Shown here: positions 7,172 through 14,073 of the stretch, one piece after another
Layout of the letters: every line of letters begins with the position of its first letter
Position numbering within the stretch: the first letter of the stretch is position 1
Assembly: GCA_036339875.1 (NCBI GenBank)
Contig: JAYZAC010000137.1
Coordinates: forward strand, 1-14,073
Reading direction: 5' to 3'
Length of the DNA: 14,073 nt
Source of the DNA: a bacterium
GTDB lineage: Bacteria; Muiribacteriota; UBA6191
Notes under the pieces: generated by a model
Database searches by the model: none
The model's input: only the letters and a program-made list of their open reading frames with translations
What the model was told of the DNA's origin: nothing
Made by a program: the position numbers and the translations under genes

Positions 7172-7843
7172 GAACTCACTCATAGCATCCATTGCTGAGT
7201 ACCAATCCTCCTCTCGCATGAAATGCGATGAATCAGGATATTCCAAATAGTTGAATTGTTGATGATATTGACTGAGATTCTGACTGAGATGCTGATGAAA
7301 CTTACGTGTAGTCTCCGGAGGAACATTATTGTCTAGACCAGCTGTAATTCCTAACATTCGGCAATGCTTGAAGTCTTCAGGTCTCTTATCAGGCGAGCCG
7401 GGACCCTCCCAATCAGGACGTCCCAGAATAGGAATCGCAACTTCAAAGCGATGATCTATACTTGCAGCCATGTAAGTAATCATTCCACCTAATGAAATTC
7501 CGGTGACTCCAAATCTTAGTTCGCCATTTCGTATAGTTTGTAGAGTGTCCATTAATCGTACAAGATCATGGGCACTACGCTCGATACAAAAAATAATCTG
7601 CTGTTCTGTTTTGAGCTCCTGATGACGCTCACCATGGGATTGATTATCTATACCAATCGCTGTCAAACCTAATCCAGCAAGCATCTCGAGTTCCTTGATA
7701 TTATCTTCTTTTTTTGACCCTAGACCGTGAGAAAGAAAAACGGTGTAATCTGGTTTATCATGATTTAACCAATCTTCCCAGCTCAAATCTTTGTGAATGA
7801 ACAAGATAGGAATTCTGTGTAACAATAAATTTCTACGTTGCAT
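7151..7843 (-). CDS. Alpha/beta-fold serine hydrolase (YjfP-like esterase / S9-type)
   Basis: HGLGS oxyanion region, D..SHGER, nucleophile elbow GISLGG, candidate acid in GLDNNVP and histidine in YPDSSHF. Its start overlaps the ansA stop (TAATG). Confidence 0.85.
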   Translation of the reverse strand: MQRRNLLLHRIPILFIHKDLSWEDWLNHDKPDYTVFLSHGLGSKKEDNIKELEMLAGLGLTAIGIDNQSHGERHQELKTEQQIIFCIERSAHDLVRLMDTLQTIRNGELRFGVTGISLGGMITYMAASIDHRFEVAIPILGRPDWEGPGSPDKRPEDFKHCRMLGITAGLDNNVPPETTRKFHQHLSQNLSQYHQQFNYLEYPDSSHFMREEDWYSAMDAMSEFLKTWST

Positions 7844-9258
7844 TAATAGACCTTTTCAACAGCTAAGAATAACTCAATTGATGTATTTGAATCGACTTGC
7901 ATATTTAATAAATTAATCCAATCAATATTCTTAAAATCACCTAGTAGATCGTCAAGAATTAAAAAGCAACCTGGAATACCTTCCACATGATAACTTTTTT
8001 GTTTAATCGTTTTAGTTTTAGACCTTAAACCTACTTCTATTTGTATTTCATCTGGAAAAATATCAATATCATAAATTCTTAGTCCTAGTTGCACTGTTCG
8101 CAGTCCTTTTATAACTTCTGGTTTATTTAAAAAAAGACGATTTGATTTTGCGCAATATTTGAGATCAACCAGCAAGTGCATTTGTGATTGTTCACCTCTT
8201 AAACTTTGGGCCATTGTATATCTGACCTGATCAAGTGGTAAATCATAACCCAATATTATCATTAACTTAGTTAAAGCAGCCTCTGGAGTGCAATCAAAAC
8301 CAGAAACAACACGACAGAATAGTAGTCCTAAGGATGACTCATAGACTCCAAGCTCCACCTGACCAGACCAACATTGTGTAACATCTACAAATACTTTACC
8401 GCAGAGGCTTGCCGATCGGAGGCTCTTCAAAAAACCTTTGGTGGTGGGCGCGTTACCAGCCCCGTAACTTCGAATTACCAAGCCTTTGAGTTCAGGAGTG
8501 TGGCATATCTTTGAAAAAAGCTGATGATTCATTCCAGGAAAAATCTCAAGACTGGCGACAGAGGTACTAATTTTCTTACGCCACTCTAACTGGCCTGTGG
8601 ACCTAGATGCCTCTCTAAATCGACTTGGAAAATATACGATCTTACGTCGTGCTACTGCTAATGCAGGATAATTAGGGCTTTCAAAGGCATGAAAATCGTT
8701 GGCAGAAACTTTGGTGCACCGGTTTCCACGTAAAAGACTATGATCAAAATAAACGCAGACTTCTGCAATTACAGGATCTTTAAAGTATTTTGCAGCAGCT
8801 ATCTCTAATGCAGTTTGAATATTCTGGACAGCATCACTTCGATGCTTTCCCATTGGTAGTTGTGAGCCTGTTACAACAATAGGTTGATTAAGATTTGTAA
8901 ATAAGAAAGATAATGCGGAAGCTGTGTAAGCTAAAGTATCGGTTCCATGCATAACAACAGCACCATAGGAATTGTTTAGATTAGACCCGATTAAATTTGC
9001 CATTTCAATCCAGTGCTCTGCTTCGATATTGCTAGAATCTATAACTTTATTTAGTGTCAAAAGTTTGACAGGAAATTTGATTCCTCGAAGACATACTGTT
9101 TTAGAGACAGAATCAAAAGATGGTAACTGAAACAATACTTGCAATGCATCTTGAGCTGGTATTAGAGGTGAATTACTTTGATCTGAGTTAACAGGAACAG
9201 AACCAATTGTTCCACCAGTGTATAAGATAACAAGTGATTTTGGAGCTCGTTTATGCAT
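7843..9258 (-). CDS. ansA: Type I (cytoplasmic) L-asparaginase with a C-terminal extension
   Basis: YTGGTIG, IDSSN, HGTDTLAYTASALSF, TGSQ, RGNRCTK, FESPN, YGAGNAP, TQC, TPEAALTKL, LRGE. The likely start is ATG9258, 1 nt after the cstA stop (TAA-T-ATG), not 9297. Confidence 0.92.
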   Translation of the reverse strand: MHKRAPKSLVILYTGGTIGSVPVNSDQSNSPLIPAQDALQVLFQLPSFDSVSKTVCLRGIKFPVKLLTLNKVIDSSNIEAEHWIEMANLIGSNLNNSYGAVVMHGTDTLAYTASALSFLFTNLNQPIVVTGSQLPMGKHRSDAVQNIQTALEIAAAKYFKDPVIAEVCVYFDHSLLRGNRCTKVSANDFHAFESPNYPALAVARRKIVYFPSRFREASRSTGQLEWRKKISTSVASLEIFPGMNHQLFSKICHTPELKGLVIRSYGAGNAPTTKGFLKSLRSASLCGKVFVDVTQCWSGQVELGVYESSLGLLFCRVVSGFDCTPEAALTKLMIILGYDLPLDQVRYTMAQSLRGEQSQMHLLVDLKYCAKSNRLFLNKPEVIKGLRTVQLGLRIYDIDIFPDEIQIEVGLRSKTKTIKQKSYHVEGIPGCFLILDDLLGDFKNIDWINLLNMQVDSNTSIELFLAVEKVY

Positions 9259-9259
9259 A

Positions 9260-10993
9260 TTACAGTTCCATATCAAGCTGATTACAATTTGAACCATGAA
9301 GATATCGAATAAAACAAAGCACAGCTTCTATTACCAACCATATTGCAAGAAATAGAAGAATTAAACCGACAAAAAAAAGTGTCCATTGAGAGCCATTAAA
9401 AAAGCCAATCAAATTTATAGACATTGCGATCAGGGTTTGACTCAACAAAAAGAACATAGGTATCCCGGTATAAATCCATGGTTTTCCTCTCTGTAGCAAA
9501 TATAAAGTCACCGTTAACAGAGCAAGTCCGGCTAGTAGCTGATTTGTGGTACCGAATAGTCCCCATAGTAATAGACCTGCTGCTTTACCATCAACTTCAT
9601 AAAAAGCAAAAAATCCAATAGCTGCTACTGCTACTATAGACGAAAGGTATCGATTGTTTAGAAATGGTATCGACCAATGTTTAGCAATTTCTTCAACGTT
9701 ATAACGTAGAAGGCGGGTTGCACTATCTAAGGAAGTTAAGGCATAACTCACTACGATAATACTAATAAATGATGCCCCAGTTTGCCTATCAATTCCCAGA
9801 CCTGTTAGAAAAGTAGAAGCTCCGTTAATGAAGACTCCAACCTTTGCCCCGAGTCCTTGAACACTTCCCCAATTAGCGTAAATAGTCATCCACTTTTCGT
9901 GACTCATGACTCCCGCTGTTGTTGCAAACACTGCAATAAGACCCAAGAGAGATTCACCGATCATACCCCCATAGCCTACCATTCTGGCATCTGACTCTTT
10001 ATTAAGTTGTTTACTTGTGGTGCCACTAGATACAAGACTATGAAAGCCGCTTGCGGCGCCGCAGGCTATTACTATAAAAACAAATGGAAAAATACCCGGT
10101 GCTCCCTCTACCTTTGTCCTAATCATAGGAGCCACGAATTCTGGTTGCATAACAAAAATTCCCAAATACAAACCACTTAGACCCAAGTAAAGAAGTAAAC
10201 TATTTAAGAGGTCTCGAGGTTGTAGAAGCATCCAGACAGGTAGTACAGATGCCAAAAAAGCATAACCCAGTAAAATCATGCTCCACCCTTTGATACTAGG
10301 AGCCTTGTTTATGTCATTTAAGCCCGTAGCACTGAGAACAGGTTCTTGTTGAGCAAAGTAAATTAATACCATGGTAAGACCAAAACCTAGTGCAGCTAGT
10401 TTTACCCATGAGGCATTCATTTTGTAAACTAAAAAGCCAATCACGACCGCAATAGCCATAAGACCAAAACTTGGAATAACCGCTTGTGGAAAATGAATAT
10501 CTCTTTGAAACTCATTTGGAGCCGGAGAAAAAAGAAAAGCGATCACATAAACAAAAACACCCATCGCCAGTGCTACTAAAAAGAAGATTATAATGTGCAT
10601 TAAAGTTTTAGCTCTGGGGCCGATAATTTGTTCGGCCACGGCACCGATACTCTGTCCTTTACCTCGTATACTTAAAACTAAAGCTGAAAAATCGTGAACA
10701 CAGCCAATCAGAAGGGCTCCAAAAACCACCCAAACGAGAGCGGGTAACCAGCCCCAAATTACCGCTACCGCGGGTCCAAGCATTGGAGCTAGTCCTGCGA
10801 TAGAAGCGTAATGATGACCAAAAAGTACCCATTTATTTGTTGGTACAAAGTCTACCCCATCGGTGTAATTATGGGCTGGAGTGACTCTAGAATCATCTAG
10901 ACTGAATACGGACCGAGCTAGAAAGCTCGAATAGACAAGATATCCCAGAGCATAAACGACTAGACATAGAAATGCTGCAATTCCGGCATTCAT
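9260..10993 (-). CDS. cstA: Carbon starvation protein A family transporter (peptide/pyruvate uptake family)
   Basis: TPAH...DGVDFVPTNKWVLFGHHYASIAGLAP, LPVWMLLQPRD, IACGAASGFHSLVSSGTTSKQL, GYGGMIGE, LTSLDSATRLLRY, FGTTNQLLA; many TM helices. Confidence 0.95.
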   Translation of the reverse strand: MNAGIAAFLCLVVYALGYLVYSSFLARSVFSLDDSRVTPAHNYTDGVDFVPTNKWVLFGHHYASIAGLAPMLGPAVAVIWGWLPALVWVVFGALLIGCVHDFSALVLSIRGKGQSIGAVAEQIIGPRAKTLMHIIIFFLVALAMGVFVYVIAFLFSPAPNEFQRDIHFPQAVIPSFGLMAIAVVIGFLVYKMNASWVKLAALGFGLTMVLIYFAQQEPVLSATGLNDINKAPSIKGWSMILLGYAFLASVLPVWMLLQPRDLLNSLLLYLGLSGLYLGIFVMQPEFVAPMIRTKVEGAPGIFPFVFIVIACGAASGFHSLVSSGTTSKQLNKESDARMVGYGGMIGESLLGLIAVFATTAGVMSHEKWMTIYANWGSVQGLGAKVGVFINGASTFLTGLGIDRQTGASFISIIVVSYALTSLDSATRLLRYNVEEIAKHWSIPFLNNRYLSSIVAVAAIGFFAFYEVDGKAAGLLLWGLFGTTNQLLAGLALLTVTLYLLQRGKPWIYTGIPMFFLLSQTLIAMSINLIGFFNGSQWTLFFVGLILLFLAIWLVIEAVLCFIRYLHGSNCNQLDMEL

Positions 10994-10998
10994 TGATT

Positions 10999-11003
10999 CT
11001 CCT
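10999..11003 (-). promoter_or_regulatory. Shine-Dalgarno site of cstA
   Basis: Minus strand reads TT-AGGAG-AATCA-ATG. Confidence 0.75.
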
Positions 11004-11159
11004 AATAAAACGATTTGTTTTGAATAGGGTACATCAGACTCAGAACTGTCGAGTGTGTTTTTTTATTCACTTCTGAACAATTTAAGCAGTTTCTCGATAT
11101 GGCTTGTTTTGTTATTGAAATGCTTATGAAATCATTCCCAAATTTCTTGCATAATTCAA

Positions 11160-11165
11160 TACAAT
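11160..11165 (+). promoter_or_regulatory. Candidate -10 element (TACAAT) 6 nt before the TPR gene ATG (leaderless-type)
   Basis: Plus strand reads AA-TACAAT-GAAATC-ATG (11172). 5/6 match to TATAAT, no Shine-Dalgarno. Confidence 0.5.
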
Positions 11166-11171
11166 GAAATC

Positions 11172-12881
11172 ATGATCGCTAAATTAATATCGGTTTTGAT
11201 TTGTGTACAAGTAGTTTGCGCTGCAAGTTCAATAAAGCATCAAGAGAGTTTCAATCAGTTAATGTATGATGCCTACTATAAAGATGCGAAAAGCGTCGCT
11301 GAACTTCAATTAAAGGTCACGAGGGAACTTAAGGGTGAGAAACACCCTAGGACACTTTTGTGGATGAATAATCTTGCAGAAGCTGAACTCAAGTTAGCTA
11401 ATTTCAATGATTCATTACAACTTTTAGAAATAGTTGGATTACAAGTTAATACTCAATCATCAAAACCCTCAAGCTTGACAACCCAATACTTAAAATCTCT
11501 TGTGCTTAAGGTAAATGCTCAATATTCAATGGGATTAATCGATTCCTGTTACGAAACTATCAAAAAGGCATTTAATTTAATCAACGTTCGTAAAATTTCG
11601 GAATCCAAAATTGTGGGTCAATTACATCTCTTAAAAGCAAAACTCAACATAGAATTAGGCAAAACCTTAGAAGCAAAAGAGTCTTTGAGTAAAGCCCTGG
11701 AAATATTCAAAGAAAAAAATCTACCATTATGGATAGCTAGAGCTCAGCAGTTATTTGGAGAGCAGAAGCTTAAAAGTGGTTTACTTAAAGAAGGTCGTGA
11801 ATTAATTGATCAATCGATTATGTTGCGAGGAGAATTACAGCTAAAGCGACATCCTGATTGGGCTGATGCTTTGGATGGTATGGCGGCATTACTGATTTTA
11901 TCTGGAAACCTGGGGGCACCATTGAGCTTGGTAGATAAGGCCCAAAATATCCGTTTTGAGATTTATGATAAAGGTCATCCTGAGCATCTCAAATCTTTGA
12001 AAATGCGCGCTTTTCTAATGGAAACAATCGGAGATAATCGGAGCGCTCTGAAGCAACAGAAATCTGTTAAAGAGAAAATGGAAAGATTTTTTAAGATGAA
12101 ACATCCATCCTTCTTTGCAGTAAATCTAGCATTGAGTAGACTGAATACTAAACTGAATAGATTATCCGAGGCTAAAAAGAATCTGAAAGAGGCTAGCGTA
12201 GTTTATGAAGATTTCTTCAAAGGTAATGATTCACAAAAAATTAAGATGGATTTAATACAGGCTTTTATATACGCAGCATCTGCTAAGTATTTCAAAGCTA
12301 GTTCGATTTATCAGAGAATATTAAAAAATAAATCGTTTTCAGGACGCTCTGAAGTACTTTTAAGAGCGGCTGAAGTTTTGATACTACAAGGAAATGGAGA
12401 GGCTGCAGAACTCCATCTTTCTGAAAGACTCGACTTACTTGTTGATAGTTATGGGAATTCTCATCCAAAAGTGGGTTTAGCTATTAAAAAGCTAGCTGCA
12501 CTTTATTATGAAAAACAGAATTCACAATTATCTGTCAAATTAATTAAGGAGAATCTGGAAAAATTAATATCGCAAGTGGGAGAAGATCATCCTGAAGTTC
12601 TTAGTAGATTATCAGAATTAATCTTTTATCAACAAATTGCAAAGCAATTAACGCAAGCAGCTGAGTCCTTTGAATTAGCATTACAAATTCAAAAGAGAAA
12701 TTTTGGTTATGATAATCCTGAAGTCTTAGAAACGATGAATAATTTAGCCGGAGTCTATGGATTATTGGGTAGAAAGAAGCAGGCTGATAACCTGCTCCGT
12801 GAAATCAGACTCATTCAAGCTGGCGGAAACCCACAGGACAAGGATATATTGTTTGAGAACTCACCTGGTTCTAGAAACTAA
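11172..12881 (+). CDS. Secreted tetratricopeptide repeat protein (kinesin-light-chain-like, HP-motif TPRs)
   Basis: N-terminal signal peptide (MIAKLISVLICVQVVCA). Recurrent HPRTLLWMNNLA, HPDWADALDGMA, HPEHLKSL, HPSFFAV, HPKVGLAIKKLA, HPEVLSRL and NPEVLETMNNLA, with 42-aa spacing within runs. Confidence 0.85.
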   Translation: MIAKLISVLICVQVVCAASSIKHQESFNQLMYDAYYKDAKSVAELQLKVTRELKGEKHPRTLLWMNNLAEAELKLANFNDSLQLLEIVGLQVNTQSSKPSSLTTQYLKSLVLKVNAQYSMGLIDSCYETIKKAFNLINVRKISESKIVGQLHLLKAKLNIELGKTLEAKESLSKALEIFKEKNLPLWIARAQQLFGEQKLKSGLLKEGRELIDQSIMLRGELQLKRHPDWADALDGMAALLILSGNLGAPLSLVDKAQNIRFEIYDKGHPEHLKSLKMRAFLMETIGDNRSALKQQKSVKEKMERFFKMKHPSFFAVNLALSRLNTKLNRLSEAKKNLKEASVVYEDFFKGNDSQKIKMDLIQAFIYAASAKYFKASSIYQRILKNKSFSGRSEVLLRAAEVLILQGNGEAAELHLSERLDLLVDSYGNSHPKVGLAIKKLAALYYEKQNSQLSVKLIKENLEKLISQVGEDHPEVLSRLSELIFYQQIAKQLTQAAESFELALQIQKRNFGYDNPEVLETMNNLAGVYGLLGRKKQADNLLREIRLIQAGGNPQDKDILFENSPGSRN

Positions 12882-12904
12882 AAATATAGCCTAGGAAATC
12901 CTGT

Positions 12905-13657
12905 TTGACGCATATAATAATTTTATCAGTAGCAGCTTTCTTAACATCTTCTTTATCTGCAATCATAGGTATGGGTGGCGGTATAACCCTTTTGGCTGTA
13001 ATGATCTTATTTTTACCATGGAAAGTGTTGATTCCAATTCATGGTTGCGTCCAATTAATTTCTAATGCTACAAGGGTTTTAAGCTTTATTCGCTACGTAA
13101 ATTGGAAGATTTTCTCAACATTCATTTTAGCTTGTATTCCCGCAAGTTACATAGGTTTGAAGGCTGTAGGACAGTTTGATGAAACTTTGGTGAAAGCATT
13201 TATCGGAGTATTTATTTTATATGCAGTATTTTTAGCACCGAGATTAAAAAAAGCTATTGCACGGATTTTTAAAAATTTCTTTTTAGCAGGCATTCTGGCT
13301 GGAAGTATCAGTATGGTGGTCGGTGCAACTGGTCCATTGATTGCTCCTTTTTTTATAAACAGTAATTTGGAAAAAGAGGAGATCATAGCTACCAAAGCGT
13401 TATGTCAGACTATGGTGCACCTAATCAAGGTAATTTTATTTGGTGCTTTGCTTGGTTTTTCTGTAACAGATTACTCAGTCTTGCTGGCTTGTATGGCAGT
13501 AGGTGTGATTCTGGGCACATTTTTTGGAAAGTGGATTTTAGAAAATAAGGTGAGTGATACACTATTTCGTTTTCTTTACAGGTTTGTTCTTGGCGTCGTG
13601 GCGTTAAAGATTTTAATTTACGATAGCTTTTATCTAGGTTATTGGATACTCCAGTGA
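12905..13657 (+). CDS. Sulfite exporter TauE/SafE family membrane protein
   Basis: SAIIGMGGG and SMVVGATGP motifs in two internally related halves, about 8 TM segments, 250 aa. TTG start preceded by AGGA at 12893-12896. Confidence 0.88.
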   Translation: MTHIIILSVAAFLTSSLSAIIGMGGGITLLAVMILFLPWKVLIPIHGCVQLISNATRVLSFIRYVNWKIFSTFILACIPASYIGLKAVGQFDETLVKAFIGVFILYAVFLAPRLKKAIARIFKNFFLAGILAGSISMVVGATGPLIAPFFINSNLEKEEIIATKALCQTMVHLIKVILFGALLGFSVTDYSVLLACMAVGVILGTFFGKWILENKVSDTLFRFLYRFVLGVVALKILIYDSFYLGYWILQ

Positions 13658-14073
13658 AAAGTTTGTTGTATTTGTTATTGCTGATCACAACTAATCTAGA
13701 ATGTTACTCTCAATTATTATTTGGCAAAAATAATAATGGGATTCAAATTGCAAATATAACAGGCATTAACAGTGATTTTATTATAAATAATAAGCACAAC
13801 GAAAACATTCTATATTCGAATTTTGAAGGTCAACGGATTCGTTTATCGAAGTTACCAGAGCGCTCAAAATTCTTAACCTTAAAAATATGGGGTAAGCTGA
13901 AAATTTCTGATGAGAAAAAAATAAGTAAATCCATTTCTAGTTTGCGACTTTGGAAAAATCCAAATCTTCTGGTAGCACCTAAAATCTATCATCATCATTA
14001 TCCTAAATTGGACTCTGAAACTGGTATGCATCATTTGCAGATTCCACTAGGACGTACCAATTTTGTATCAACT
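13654..14073 (+). CDS. Secreted hypothetical protein, 3'-truncated (not in the ORF track)
   Basis: GTG13654 overlaps the TauE stop (GTGA). The frame is open for 140 codons to the window end (MKSLLYLLLLITTNLECYSQLLFGK...), with a signal-peptide-like N-terminus. Confidence 0.78.
   Translation, partial: MKSLLYLLLLITTNLECYSQLLFGKNNNGIQIANITGINSDFIINNKHNENILYSNFEGQRIRLSKLPERSKFLTLKIWGKLKISDEKKISKSISSLRLWKNPNLLVAPKIYHHHYPKLDSETGMHHLQIPLGRTNFVST

Noticed and set aside
9259..9297. Longer ansA start at 9297 given by the ORF track
   Set aside because: It overlaps cstA by 38 nt; ATG9258 gives a coupled junction and a normal distance to the TGGT motif.
11002..11027. Weak hairpin next to the cstA Shine-Dalgarno (riboswitch or thermometer)
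   Set aside because: Short, AU-rich and mismatched; no recognisable riboswitch motif.
13147..13688. Two minus-strand ORFs (82 aa and 87 aa)
   Set aside because: Antisense shadows of the TauE gene with no recognisable motifs.

Overview
AT-rich, gene-dense bacterial chromosomal window with 12 protein-coding genes, two of them cut by the window edges. I see no RNA gene, mobile element, CRISPR array or reverse transcriptase. Order: end of a hypothetical protein plus an intrinsic terminator; DctB-like Cache sensor membrane protein with no kinase or output domain; fatty-acid hydroxylase/sterol desaturase; lipoprotein with three 94-aa Ig/cadherin-like repeats and a non-catalytic FGE-sulfatase (C-type lectin fold) domain; PaaI thioesterase; divergent Tex; a tightly coupled cstA-ansA-alpha/beta-hydrolase operon; secreted TPR protein; TauE/SafE permease; start of a secreted hypothetical protein missing from the ORF track. 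The most striking non-coding pattern is that five genes lack a Shine-Dalgarno site and carry a -10-like TAnnnT hexamer 5-7 nt before the start codon, which suggests widespread leaderless transcription. I found no complete novel system. The best candidates are the output-less Cache sensor, the Ig-FGE surface lectin and the CstA-asparaginase-hydrolase module. All family calls rest on motifs recognised by eye, not on database searches.
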